Assembly (NCBI GenBank): GCA_963745835.1
Contig: CAVUZH010000019.1
Location: forward strand, 128,001 to 192,000
Direction of reading: 5' to 3'
Length of the DNA: 64,000 bases
Origin: an uncultured delta proteobacterium
GTDB lineage: Bacteria; Desulfobacterota; Binatia; UBA9968
The notes beneath the pieces are model-generated. The model was not told the DNA's origin. It ran no database searches and saw only the letters and a list, made by a program, of their open reading frames with translations. Position 1 is the first letter of the stretch; every line of letters starts with the position of its first letter. Below, one piece after another: positions 9,461-20,052 of the stretch. The position numbers and the translations under genes are program-made.

Positions 9461-11137
9461 ATGGAATTGACGCAACGAAAACTCGTGTCGCTGGCTATGG
9501 CGATTCTTATGACTGTTGTTTTCGGCGGATCCGCAGCCGGTCAATCTGTGCTTGGCAATGATTGGGAAAAATTTTTCGAAGAAAAGGTCTCGTTCGGCGG
9601 ATTCGTTGAGAATACGACCGGGTTCTCCATAAGCCATGGGAGCAGTTTTTTCAACACGTCGAACCGCTTCATCATGAACCGGTTTACCATTCAGCCCGAG
9701 TTTAATTTTGAATTCACGGAAAGTTTCAAACTTTTCCTTTCCTGGAGATTCGTTGCCGAACCGCGTTACAGCGCCGAAACCAAAAGCCGGGAAGCAGCCG
9801 TGCAACCGGCAGGAACCGGCGGAGCATTGCCTACGGATTTCTATTCTGAGTACAAGGGTGTTCCGTGGGAGGCAGTGGCAGACATTCTACCCACGGATGG
9901 ATTGCATCTAAGAGTCGGCCGGCAATTCATCTCATGGGGTGAAACGGACGGGCAGAGGCTTCTAGACGTCATCAATCCTCAAAATTTAACCTTTTCCCCA
10001 CCGGCGGCTGTCAATCTCTTTAGTTTGGAAGAAACCCGAGTGCCCCAGTGGGGAGTCAGAATGCTGTACACCGTACGCCCGGTCAGCAATACAATTCTAG
10101 AACTTTTTGGCAATCCCGGTTTCGAGGATAAGAAAGACCGAGTCGATGAGTTTTCACCGACCAACGATATTAGCGACGGCAAAGCCGACGGTGATCTAAG
10201 GTACGGACGATGGTCCGCGCACCCCGAATCCCGCATGCCGGTTACCCGTCTTTATGCCAACCCGATTGGACCGGTACCCGTCGTAGTGCCTGCCTTCAGG
10301 AGGGATTATCCCGATGCCGGTGATGCATGGAAAATCGGTGGCCGGATTACGCACAGCTTCGGTGAGCTAAATGCCGGTATCGGTTACATACGCGGTTACA
10401 ATCCCCAAGCCAATGATATGGTTTTCAAATTGAAAGGTGCGCCGACTTCTTGCGGGCCACCCGCCTGCCCTCCAGGAGGAACGCTGGTGCGGGCTGATCT
10501 GGTTAACGATCAGACCAATATCTTCGCTGCTCATTTTAACTATCCGATCGGGGAGCCGTTGGGTATTCCTATAAAATCTGCGATGAGGGGGGAACTCGCT
10601 TTTTATCCGGACAAACCTTACAACATCGGTGAGTTTCCTGGGCGAAATTGTACGACCGGCGCATCGACCGGTTTCAGAGCCGGTCCCAGCTGTGAGCATA
10701 CGGACAATGTCGTCGAGAAGCATACCATCCGGTATGCTCTGGGCTTTGACCGATCGACGTTTATTCCGTTTCTTCAAGACGATCCCTGGCGCCCCTTTCG
10801 TATGAGTTTGCAAATCTTCCAAAGCATTATTTTAGACCATGAGGACGGCATTCACGCTTTCGGGCACGCGACAAAAATCGACCGGGTTTCAACCTTATTT
10901 ACCTTTAGAATCGGTACCGGATACTTAGGCGATACGATTCTACCGGATGTCTTTCTCGGCTATGATCCAGCGGGATACTATTCGGTTAACCCGGCGATAA
11001 CTTACCAGCCACCGTGGAACGAAAAGATTCAACTTACACTCACTAGCGCCATCTATGGCGGGCATAATAAGTTCGGCGGTCTGGGACTTTTCTCCGAAAA
11101 AGATTCAGTCTTTCTGAAGATGCGCTATCAATTTTAG
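9461..11137 (+). CDS. DUF1302-like outer-membrane beta-barrel
   Basis: Signal peptide, LRVGRQFISWGETD motif, C-terminal KDSVFLKMRYQF barrel signal, operon context. Confidence 0.8.
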   Translation: MELTQRKLVSLAMAILMTVVFGGSAAGQSVLGNDWEKFFEEKVSFGGFVENTTGFSISHGSSFFNTSNRFIMNRFTIQPEFNFEFTESFKLFLSWRFVAEPRYSAETKSREAAVQPAGTGGALPTDFYSEYKGVPWEAVADILPTDGLHLRVGRQFISWGETDGQRLLDVINPQNLTFSPPAAVNLFSLEETRVPQWGVRMLYTVRPVSNTILELFGNPGFEDKKDRVDEFSPTNDISDGKADGDLRYGRWSAHPESRMPVTRLYANPIGPVPVVVPAFRRDYPDAGDAWKIGGRITHSFGELNAGIGYIRGYNPQANDMVFKLKGAPTSCGPPACPPGGTLVRADLVNDQTNIFAAHFNYPIGEPLGIPIKSAMRGELAFYPDKPYNIGEFPGRNCTTGASTGFRAGPSCEHTDNVVEKHTIRYALGFDRSTFIPFLQDDPWRPFRMSLQIFQSIILDHEDGIHAFGHATKIDRVSTLFTFRIGTGYLGDTILPDVFLGYDPAGYYSVNPAITYQPPWNEKIQLTLTSAIYGGHNKFGGLGLFSEKDSVFLKMRYQF

Positions 11138-11160
11138 GTTTACGATTGGGAGATTTAGAA

Positions 11161-12414
11161 ATGAAGGTCATAGCCCACAGTCAATGCTCGGTCGCGCGCA
11201 ATTCCGCGGCCGTGTCGTTTTTTTTATACATCGTTATGCTTTTGTGTTTTCCTGCGATCACTGCCGCCGCCGAAGCTGATGTAAAGCCGGGGGACACTAT
11301 CGGTCCACAAAATTGGCAGCGCATCGAGGGCATGGTGGGGGAAAATCTACTCAACCGGGTCAAGAGTGGTTACACAATCCAGATCAAGCAGTCTAAGACC
11401 TACCAGCCACTCAAGGAATACGTTGAAGCCACAGAAAAATACGCCGGCAAGGTGGGCCTCGGCCCCAACGGAGAGCTGCTCAACTATGTGGCCGGCCAGC
11501 CGTTTCCTAAGTTCGATCCGGGCGATCCCCACATCGGGCAAAAGCTAGCTTGGAATTTTTTCTATCGCTGGTTGGGCGACGATTACAAAACCGGCGGTGC
11601 GGTCAAGGGCGGGAAAATTCTACGCGCGGCCATCGAGAAAGACGGCTCTGAACGCCGCGCTGACCTGGTCTCCTACTTTCTTTTTCCTAGCACCCGCTAC
11701 AGCTTGAATCCCAAGCCTGCAATTCCGGGCTACGAACATATAGATTTCATGCAGCTTCGGGTCGACAGCTATCCGCGCGACGCCTCGGGCACGACGACGC
11801 TGGAGACTCGTTACAAAGATCCCGGCCGAGCCGATGATCTGTATATTTATCTTCCGAGCATCCGGAGAATCCGGCGCGCCACCACAACCCAGAGATGCCA
11901 GACGTTGGCGCCGAGCGAATTCAACCTGGACGACATCAATAGCTTCAACGGCAAAATTACCGATTTTAATTATAAGTACCTGGGCGACAAGAAGATCTTG
12001 GCGAACATCAGCCAGGTGCATCTGCCCTTCGCGCGCAAGCCGGGCGATTACTTGCCATTGGATGAGCAGTGGGAGGTTGTGGATACCCACGTGCTGGAGA
12101 TCACTCCCAAGGATTCGAACTATTGTTACCCGAGAAAACTTCTTCATCTCAATAAGGTGACTTTTGATACCCATTGGACGTTGATGTGGGATAGCAAAGG
12201 GGCCTATTGGAAAGAACAGTTTGGTTTCTTCACCCCAATAAAACTCGCCGATGGCCGCGAAGTTTGGTCGGTGGGCGATGTGGTCATCCACAATGTTCAG
12301 AATGGTCGAAGCACAATCGTTACCGCCACCCGTGCTTATAATCAGGGTTATCCGGCAAGTATGTTTAGCCTCGGAACCTTGCAGAGCATCATGCGCGGAG
12401 GATCGATTGAATAA
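11161..12414 (+). CDS. DUF1329 periplasmic (LolA-like) protein
   Basis: Y.AGQPFP, DDLYIYLPSIRRIRR, DDINSFNG motifs; signal peptide. Confidence 0.85.
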   Translation: MKVIAHSQCSVARNSAAVSFFLYIVMLLCFPAITAAAEADVKPGDTIGPQNWQRIEGMVGENLLNRVKSGYTIQIKQSKTYQPLKEYVEATEKYAGKVGLGPNGELLNYVAGQPFPKFDPGDPHIGQKLAWNFFYRWLGDDYKTGGAVKGGKILRAAIEKDGSERRADLVSYFLFPSTRYSLNPKPAIPGYEHIDFMQLRVDSYPRDASGTTTLETRYKDPGRADDLYIYLPSIRRIRRATTTQRCQTLAPSEFNLDDINSFNGKITDFNYKYLGDKKILANISQVHLPFARKPGDYLPLDEQWEVVDTHVLEITPKDSNYCYPRKLLHLNKVTFDTHWTLMWDSKGAYWKEQFGFFTPIKLADGREVWSVGDVVIHNVQNGRSTIVTATRAYNQGYPASMFSLGTLQSIMRGGSIE

Positions 12415-12473
12415 TGGCGATCTGAGTTGATGGATCCTAATCTTTTTCCAGCTTTCGAATTTAGATCCGCTCC

Positions 12474-13505
12474 ATGCGTTTCATCTTTTCTTTTCTCACA
12501 TGGGTGATCCTGGGGTTAGCTCCGGTAATTCTTACTGTTCATGCGGCCACTCTCTCGAAAGAACCCGCGCTCCAAGAGAATTTCTACGGTGTTCACGTCT
12601 CAGACAATCTCTCTTGGATTGTTGGCTACTACGGGACAATCCTGCACTCGGCGAATCGTGGTAAAACCTGGGAAATCCAAGCAAGCCCGACGCGCCAAGC
12701 TCTATTTACTGTGCGTTTCGTCAGCCCGTTGAATGGCTGGATTACCGGCAGCTCCGGTACGGTTTTGCGGACCCGCGACGGCGGCATGAGTTGGCATCCT
12801 CAGCCGCTGAACATTGCAGAGCATCTGTTTGCTTCACATTGGCTGGATGAGAGCCACGGGTGGCTTGCCGGCAGCCGGGGCATGACTATCCAAACCAGCG
12901 ATGGTGGCCGCTCCTGGAGCAAGAATGTAGTGCCCGGCGATTTCACTTTCAACGCGGTCACCTTCGCCAACGCTTCGCGCGGATGGCTCGCCGGGGAATT
13001 TGGCGTCATTTTTCAGAGTTCGGATGGCGGTAAAAGCTGGGTGAAGCAAAAAAGCCCAGTCGAAGTTTCGTTTGACAGCGGCGCGAGCCAGAATTTGTTC
13101 GCGCTGCTATTCACGGCATCGGGCAACGGCTACGCCTTCGGCCTCGACGGACTCGTGCTCAATGCCAAGGACAGATCTCGCTGGGAGATCATTCGGCAGC
13201 GGGAAAACTCCCATGGCACAAATGCGGCCCACCATTTGTTCGCCGCAGCCGAATTCAACGGACGCATCTGGGCGGTCGGCGAAAGAGGCACGCTGCTCCA
13301 ATCGGATGTCGACAACTCATCCTGGCGCCAAGCCGAACTGCAGATCCCACGTCTTAGCTTGAACGCCATCGCCTTCGGCAAAGACGGATTCGGTCTGGTA
13401 GTGGGCAATCGCGGGCTCGTGCTGAGAACCGAAGACGGCGGCAAGAGCTGGCAGCGGCTCAAGATCATCAGCCGAACCCTGGAAAACCTTCAAAACGCCC
13501 GATGA
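12474..13505 (+). CDS. YCF48-related BNR/beta-propeller protein
   Basis: Repeated T.DGG.SW Asp-boxes and VG..G.IL blades. Confidence 0.9.
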   Translation: MRFIFSFLTWVILGLAPVILTVHAATLSKEPALQENFYGVHVSDNLSWIVGYYGTILHSANRGKTWEIQASPTRQALFTVRFVSPLNGWITGSSGTVLRTRDGGMSWHPQPLNIAEHLFASHWLDESHGWLAGSRGMTIQTSDGGRSWSKNVVPGDFTFNAVTFANASRGWLAGEFGVIFQSSDGGKSWVKQKSPVEVSFDSGASQNLFALLFTASGNGYAFGLDGLVLNAKDRSRWEIIRQRENSHGTNAAHHLFAAAEFNGRIWAVGERGTLLQSDVDNSSWRQAELQIPRLSLNAIAFGKDGFGLVVGNRGLVLRTEDGGKSWQRLKIISRTLENLQNAR

Positions 13506-15824
13506 GACGCCTCGCCACCTTCATTGTCAATAAGCGCGCCATCATTTTAGGGTTCATCGTCGCCGCCACCCTGTGGTTTGCTTACCTTTCGGTCAAGATC
13601 GAGATGTACACCGCCTTCTCGGATCTTTTGCCGTCCGATCATCCCTATATCCGTGTCCATGAGCGATATTGGAAGACTTTCGGCGGCGCCAATGTCGTGC
13701 TCCTATCGGTAGAGGTCTCCGAGGGCGATATCTTCAACGCTCCGGTTTTGGAGAAAATTAAAAAACTCACCGAGGTGGTTGAGCAAACTCCGGGCGCGAA
13801 CAATTACCAAATATTTTCCATCGCTCGACAGAAGGTTAAAGACGTGCGCGCCACCGCATGGGGCATCGAAGTACAACCCGTGATGTGGCCGAACGTGCCG
13901 CAAAACCGTGACGAAATCGAGCGGCTGCGCGATATCGTTTACGCCAATCCGACGATTGTCGGGCGGCTCGTTTCCGAGGATGGCAAGGCGGCGCTCATCA
14001 CTGCGGCATTTCACGAAGAACGGCTCGACTATGCCGTGTTGTTCGACCGCATCCAACAAGCGATCGAGCAAGCGGAAGATGCCAACACCCGTGTCTTCGC
14101 CGCCGGCGAACCGATTCTCTACGGCTGGATTTATCATCATCTTAGCTCCATCACGCTGATCGTCGCATTCACATGTTTGAGCATCCTGGCGATTCTGACT
14201 CTCTATTACCGAAATCTAAACGGGGTCATGATTCCGCTGCTATCTGCCGGGATAACTTTCATTTGGGGAACCGGCTTTAGCGCTCTTATGGGATATAACT
14301 TCGAGCCGCTGATTCTGGTCGTGCCGTTTTTGATCGCCGCTCGGACAATCAGTCATTCCATCCAATTTCGCGAGCGCTTTTTCGAAGAGCTCGAACGCTA
14401 CGGCGATAAAGAGAAAGCCGCCATCGAGTCGGCGGCCGGCTTGATCATGCCCGGCAGTGTTTCAATCTTGACGGATGCCATCGGCTTGACCGTTCTCCTG
14501 GTCGCGCCAATGCCGATACTGACCAAGCTGGCGATCGCGGGAAGCTTCTGGGTCCTCAGCAATTTGGTCACCGTGGTGATCCTCGATCCGATCCTCTGCT
14601 GCTACTTTCCTACCCCGCGACAGGCGCCAAAAGGCGGTGAGGGTCATTGGCTCGAAGCGCCGCTCCGCCGCATAGCTGGTTTCTGCGTCGGTCCGATGGG
14701 CCGACGTCATGGTCATCGCCGGATTTGCCCTGGTGATCGGTTGGAGCCTCTATTGGTACCAATTTCTCACAGTCGGCGACTCGCGACCGGGCTCGCCGCT
14801 GCTCTGGCCCGACGCTGACTACAACCAGAGCGTCAAACACATCAACGACAAATTCCAGGGCACTGATCATCTTTACGTCATCGTCGAGGGGCAAACCGAG
14901 AGCACGATGAAGGCCCCCCCAGTGCTGGAAAAGATCGAAGCTTTTCAACGTCACATGTTGCGCTCACCACATGTCGGCTCCAGCGACTCTTTGGTTGATC
15001 TCACTCGCCAGATCAATACGGTTTTACACTACAATGATCCGCGTTGGAGCCTTCTGCCGCGCACCGGCGACGAGGTCGGCGGAATCTTGATGGTCGCCGA
15101 GCACGGCAGCGAGCCCGGCGATTTTGATCGATGGGTCAATTACAATTTCCAGCACGGCCGCGTGACCTTTTTTCTCTACGATCATAAGGGCGACACGTTG
15201 CGTGAAGTCATTGATCGAGCGACGGAGTTTATCGACGGCAATCCGATGGAAGCCGCTCAGTTCAAGCTCGCCAGCGGCTATGCCGGCGTGCTTGCCGCGG
15301 CCAATGAAGTCATTGCGCGCTCGGACAAGCTCACCTTGGGATTGATGCTGCTTGCGCAATTGATTTTCTGCGCCATCGGCTTCCGCTCGCTCACCGCCGG
15401 CGTATTGTTTGTCGGCGTCGTTTTGATGTCAAATACCTTCGGCATGGCGCTGATGGCGTACTGGAATGTCGGACTTAATGTCAATACACTGCCGGTAATC
15501 AGTCTAGGCGTCGGCTTCGGCGAGGACTATGGCATCTATATCGTTTCGCGGATGATCGAAGAGTATCGGCGTCAGAATCGAAGCGACTTAAAGCAGGCGC
15601 TCGTCGATGGAGTGGCGACCGCCGGCAAAGCGGTTCTGTACACCGCGTTCCTGATCTCGGCAAGCATCGCCTTCTGGGCTTTCTCGCCATTGCGCTTCCA
15701 ATCTGAAATGGGGACTCAGCTCCTGATCATACTGACAATGAACATGCTGGGCGGTTTGCTGCTGTTGCCGGCGCTGATCGCGCTACTAAAGCCTAAATTC
15801 ATCGCGGGAGATGAAAAGCCATGA
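13502..15824 (+). CDS. MMPL/RND-superfamily transporter (one frameshift near 14705)
   Basis: ORFs 13502-14818 and 14709-15824 give the two MMPL halves; ISHSIQF, GVGFGEDYGIYIVSR, TAGKAV. Confidence 0.88.
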
Positions 15825-16834
15825 AATCTTCCAGCGGCATTCGAAACACTTTCAAACGAAATGTTCTAAAAGCCTTTGTCATCGGTTTGCTGATGGCGGC
15901 ATGGCCGTGCGCCGCGGCGACGAAGATTCGCATGGCTCAACCGGTGATCGCGATGATGTACGCACCGCTTTACTTCGGTGTCCATCACGGGATCTTTGCC
16001 GACGCGGGATTCGAGTTGGAATTTATGACCATGCGCACGGATCTGGCGATTGCCGCATTGGGTACCGGTGATGTCGATTACATCGTGCACGGCGGCGCTG
16101 CGCTGCGCGCCGCCGCCCAGGGCTTCCCACTCAAGCTTATTTTTGCCCTCGATGATAAGACACCGTTTTGGCTGGCGGCGCGGCCGCAAATCAAGGATGT
16201 CCGTCAGCTTACCGGAAAGAAAATCGGCATCAGCTTTCCGGGTGATACGCCGCAAATCATTCTCAAACGCTTTCTGCGCCGCCAAGGGATCGATCCGGAT
16301 CGCGATGTTGCCTACGTCTCGGGTCAATTCTCGCCGACGGCTCTGCAGAGTCTCTTGGGCGGTGTTCTGGACGCCGCGGTACTGGCGCCACCTTTCAACG
16401 TAATCGGCGCCGAGAAGGGCTTGACCATGCTTTCGTTTCTTGGCGAGTCCGTGCCTGACGCCAGCTCTTCGAACGGCATCGTCACCAGCGCGCAAAAGAT
16501 TAAGTCTAACCCGGAACAGGTGAGGCGCCTCGTGCGCGCGAGTCTCAAATCGCTCTATGATTTTCGCCGCAACAAAGCATCGGCCATTGAATTTCTTGCG
16601 GCCCATTTCGAAATTCCGAAGAACATTGCAGCCAAAGCGTATTCTAACGGACTGGATATTTTGACCCCAGACGGAGAGATCAGCGCCGAAAAATTGCGCC
16701 AGATTTTATCGATGATGCAGGATACCGGAAAAAAGGATACCGGAACCATAAGTGCGCCTTCGCTGATCGATTTCTCTTTTCTCCGTGAAGCACAGAAGCA
16801 GCTCAAACAGCAGGCGAGCGGCAATCCTCGCTGA
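15821..16834 (+). CDS. NMT1/THI5/SsuA-like solute-binding protein
   Basis: Signal peptide, GIFADAGFELE, LTGKKIGIS, GVLDAAVL; ATGA overlap with the MMPL stop. Confidence 0.85.
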   Translation: MKSSSGIRNTFKRNVLKAFVIGLLMAAWPCAAATKIRMAQPVIAMMYAPLYFGVHHGIFADAGFELEFMTMRTDLAIAALGTGDVDYIVHGGAALRAAAQGFPLKLIFALDDKTPFWLAARPQIKDVRQLTGKKIGISFPGDTPQIILKRFLRRQGIDPDRDVAYVSGQFSPTALQSLLGGVLDAAVLAPPFNVIGAEKGLTMLSFLGESVPDASSSNGIVTSAQKIKSNPEQVRRLVRASLKSLYDFRRNKASAIEFLAAHFEIPKNIAAKAYSNGLDILTPDGEISAEKLRQILSMMQDTGKKDTGTISAPSLIDFSFLREAQKQLKQQASGNPR

Positions 16835-16958
16835 TCATCATCCTTGATTACACGCGGTGAAGCGGTGACGATCAATACCGACGACAGCCCGCGCTAAGGC
16901 ATGACCCTGAGATTACCGGAATGTTGGCGGATAGGTCCAAACACCGCCGGAGACGGGA

Positions 16959-17531
16959 TCAAAGTTTCTTAACTTCGAAGTCATAAACAAGCTCCAGGAA
17001 CTGCACGATGATTCTGGCGGTAACGCCCCAAACATCCCAGCCGTTCACATGAAAGTGATAGCTCGGATTTCCCCGGGGCGAAAGATATTGGTCAATGGTG
17101 AAGTTGGGCGGCGATAGCAGAGCTGAGATCGGCACCGAGCACACCGCCGCGGTCTCCGCCGGATTGAGTACGAAGTCGCACGTAGCAGGTATCACGCCGA
17201 CAAACGGGGTAACAAGAAATCCATAGCCTGCCTCCGCTTGATCCAATTGTCCCAGAATTCGCACTTCATCGGGATGGATACCGATCTCTTCATAGCTCTC
17301 GCGCAATGCCGCTTCCGCTTCGCTCCGGTCGTCGGGATCCACACGCCCGCCAGGAAATGCCACTTGGCCGCTGTGATGGCTCATCCGCTCGGCGCGCTTG
17401 GTTAAGACGAGATAATCATCGTCTTCCCGTTCCTGGATGGGGATCAACACCGCCGCTGGTTTGTAATGATTTCCTGAAATGGTTTTCGGCGAACGAACTT
17501 TGAGAGCTTGAGATATCTTGTGAACAACCAT
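16959..17531 (-). CDS. Nudix CoA pyrophosphatase (NudL/PCD1-like)
   Basis: AAVLIP, LTKR...HSGQVAFPGG, ALRESYEEIG, VWGVTA. Confidence 0.93.
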   Translation of the reverse strand: MVVHKISQALKVRSPKTISGNHYKPAAVLIPIQEREDDDYLVLTKRAERMSHHSGQVAFPGGRVDPDDRSEAEAALRESYEEIGIHPDEVRILGQLDQAEAGYGFLVTPFVGVIPATCDFVLNPAETAAVCSVPISALLSPPNFTIDQYLSPRGNPSYHFHVNGWDVWGVTARIIVQFLELVYDFEVKKL

Positions 17532-17612
17532 GGCTGAGAAATGTTGACCCGACAGCGATCTGTGATATGAACCTGTTTCAATTTAGCCAATCAGCAAAAC
17601 AAAAACCACTCA

Positions 17613-18269
17613 GTGAAAGATCGTGAAATTCACGCCGCCGTGCGCATTCTGCGCCGGGAAGCGCCAAAATGGCAAACGCCGGTGGTCACCCTCATCGCCG
17701 CGGCGTCCGATAGTCCTTTCAAGGTTCTCATTTCCTGCATTCTGAGCTTGCGCACACAGGACAGCACCACCGCGCAGGCTTCACGGCGGCTTTTTGCGTT
17801 GGCAGACTCGCCTGAGACCATGGTGCGATTGAGCGCCAAGAAGATCGAGCAGGTGATCTTCCCTGTAGGATTTTACCGCACCAAAGCAAAAACTATCTTG
17901 GAGATCTGCAGGAACTTGAATGAAAACTATCGCGGAAGAGTTCCCGATGAGATCGACGAACTGATCAAATTTAAAGGCGTTGGCCGCAAGACCGCCAACC
18001 TGGTAGTCACCCTGGGTTACAACAAACCCGGCATCTGTGTCGATACCCACGTGCATCGAATTTCAAATCGCTGGGGCTACGTGAAGACGGCAACGCCGGA
18101 AAAGACGGAGGTAGCTCTACGCCAAAAACTGCCCAAGCAGTATTGGATCGAGTACAACGATCTTCTGGTGAGTTTTGGCCAGCAGTTATGCCGGCCGATT
18201 TCACCGCTATGCAGTCAATGTCCGGTGGCGAAGTATTGCAGTCAAATCGGCGTGACTGTGAAACGTTGA
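17613..18269 (+). CDS. nth: endonuclease III
   Basis: HhH GVGRKTAN, VDTHVHR, C-x6-C-x2-C-x5-C Fe-S motif. Confidence 0.95.
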   Translation: MKDREIHAAVRILRREAPKWQTPVVTLIAAASDSPFKVLISCILSLRTQDSTTAQASRRLFALADSPETMVRLSAKKIEQVIFPVGFYRTKAKTILEICRNLNENYRGRVPDEIDELIKFKGVGRKTANLVVTLGYNKPGICVDTHVHRISNRWGYVKTATPEKTEVALRQKLPKQYWIEYNDLLVSFGQQLCRPISPLCSQCPVAKYCSQIGVTVKR

Positions 18270-18484
18270 AGACCAGAGCAAAGTTAGAACGATTCTTTGC
18301 ACACCGAAGCTACCGTTTCGTTTGATGATGGGAAGAAACCTTCTTCATACCGGGCGATCCTCAGATTTTCAGCGAGCCCGGACTGGTCACCGTATACGTC
18401 TGATCCGGCTCGCCCATCGACATAGACGCGATATCGAGTAGCACCCGTTCGCAAGAGCTACAGCGATTGCGCGATCCCGATGGT

Positions 18485-18808
18485 TTACGGCTTCATCGAT
18501 TCGGCGAAATACTTCGAAGGCGCCCAGACATTAGCCGTGAAGTTATTACACCCCAAAATCCGGAGCTCGCGCATGATGCGAATGTAATCCTGTGAATCAA
18601 TGTAGTCGCGCCAGCACTCCATATTTTCGAAATCGATCGTGATCGCGACATGCGGGGTTATCTCAAGAGGGTTGCGGTAATTGCGGATTTCGATCACACC
18701 TTGATGTGACAGCGTAGCCGGCAACCAGTCGTTCTTGGCTTTGTTGGCGTATATAGTCAAATTGGCCTTTTGATCCGGAAGATCCCATTGAATCACGAAA
18801 TGAACCAT
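18485..18808 (-). CDS. hypothetical protein, possible dimeric alpha/beta-barrel (EthD/DUF1330-like)
   Basis: 107 aa; start abuts the SDR stop; IDFENMECW...S.DY pattern. Confidence 0.55.
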   Translation of the reverse strand: MVHFVIQWDLPDQKANLTIYANKAKNDWLPATLSHQGVIEIRNYRNPLEITPHVAITIDFENMECWRDYIDSQDYIRIMRELRILGCNNFTANVWAPSKYFAESMKP

Positions 18809-19600
18809 TTATTGAATCCCCCTTACTAGACCTCCATCGATCTGAATGGTGGTGCCGGTAATATAGCTGGCTCGATCCGATCCCAAAAAAACAATCAAAT
18901 CGGCGGTTTCATCAGCCGTTCCATAGCGGCCCAGAGGCACCTCGGCCGCCATTTCTTTATTGATTTCCTCAACCGGCCGTTTAAGACGATCGGCCCGGGC
19001 TTTATTTAGTTTCTGCGCGCGTTCGGTATCGATACGGCCGGGGCAAATATTATTGATCAGAATATTATCCTTGCCCAACTCCCGGGAGAGGGTTTTTGCC
19101 ATGCCGATGACACCGCTGCGGATCGCGTTGGAGAGAACCAAACCGGCGATTGGTTCTTTGACAGAATAGGAAGTGATGTTGATGACGCGGCCCGCTCCGA
19201 CCTTGCGCATATGAGGCACCGCCTCACGAGTCATCCGCATCGTGCTCATAAAACTCAAATTGAAAGCGTTGTTCCAATCTTCGTCGGTAAAATTTAAGAA
19301 GTCGCCGGGAGGAGGACCGCCCGCATTATTCACGATGATATCGATCCGCCCAAAGTGCTCCGCGCTCTTTTTTACAAATCTCTTGATGTCTTCCGCTTTG
19401 CTCATGTCGGCTGTCATCGCTAACACTTCGCCTCCGGTTTCTTTGCGGATCATGTCAGCGGCTTGGTTCAGCGCCGCTTCACCTCTCGCGCAGATACTCA
19501 CCTTCGCTCCCTCACGAGCGAACCCGAAGGCTGTCGCTTTACCCATTCCCTGGCTAGCGCCTGCAACAAGCGCGACTTTCCCCTTCAATCCAAGGTCCAT
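18809..19600 (-). CDS. SDR-family oxidoreductase
   Basis: GASQGMG, NNAGGPPPG, LVLSNAIRSG (Tyr-less subgroup), ICPGRIDT, IDGG. Confidence 0.92.
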   Translation of the reverse strand: MDLGLKGKVALVAGASQGMGKATAFGFAREGAKVSICARGEAALNQAADMIRKETGGEVLAMTADMSKAEDIKRFVKKSAEHFGRIDIIVNNAGGPPPGDFLNFTDEDWNNAFNLSFMSTMRMTREAVPHMRKVGAGRVINITSYSVKEPIAGLVLSNAIRSGVIGMAKTLSRELGKDNILINNICPGRIDTERAQKLNKARADRLKRPVEEINKEMAAEVPLGRYGTADETADLIVFLGSDRASYITGTTIQIDGGLVRGIQ

Positions 19601-19772
19601 TTTGTTCCCCCTCGTTCGAGTGTGCCCGGATACTACCAGACCGGTTCCTACGGGTCAAAACGGGAACAGGATCGTCAGAAAGCTAGGTGATGATGAGAGA
19701 TGATGAGGAAGATTGGAAGAAAGTCACTGCAAATCGAGAAGACTCAGATCACAAACCTGAGGGGCCCCTGTT

Positions 19773-20018
19773 CTACTTCTGCGCCCAATAGATATTATTG
19801 CGGAACTCAGGGTTGAGCCGCTTGATATACAGGCACAGCATCCCATGGACGCCCAACTGCCGTAACTTGCGCGGATCACCGGCTCGGAGGGCCTCCTTTT
19901 CCTCATCGGTTAGTTCATACTCGCCGATGACTCCTTCGAAATCAGCCAAGGCGCGCTGATAGAACGATTCGTTCATTTTGAGATCAAAAAGCAGACGGCT
20001 CAGATGATAACAGCTCAC
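19773..20018 (-). CDS. LigA-like small subunit of extradiol dioxygenase
   Basis: Y.LTDEEKEAL..GD..L..LGVH pattern; directly after the LigB-like gene; GGAGG RBS. Confidence 0.75.
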   Translation of the reverse strand: MSCYHLSRLLFDLKMNESFYQRALADFEGVIGEYELTDEEKEALRAGDPRKLRQLGVHGMLCLYIKRLNPEFRNNIYWAQK

Positions 20019-20052
20019 AGCACCTCCAGCGCAGCCGTTTACAAACGAAGGC

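Noticed and set aside
14700-14720. Programmed frameshifting or a naturally split MMPL
   Set aside because: No slippery sequence, and similar breaks occur in housekeeping genes, which points to sequencing error.
15866-16606. Long antisense ORFs (e.g. 15866-16606, 11620-12291, 22668-23369, 40698-41324, 57428-58000)
   Set aside because: They are shadows of well-supported genes on the opposite strand, typical at this GC content, and have no motifs.
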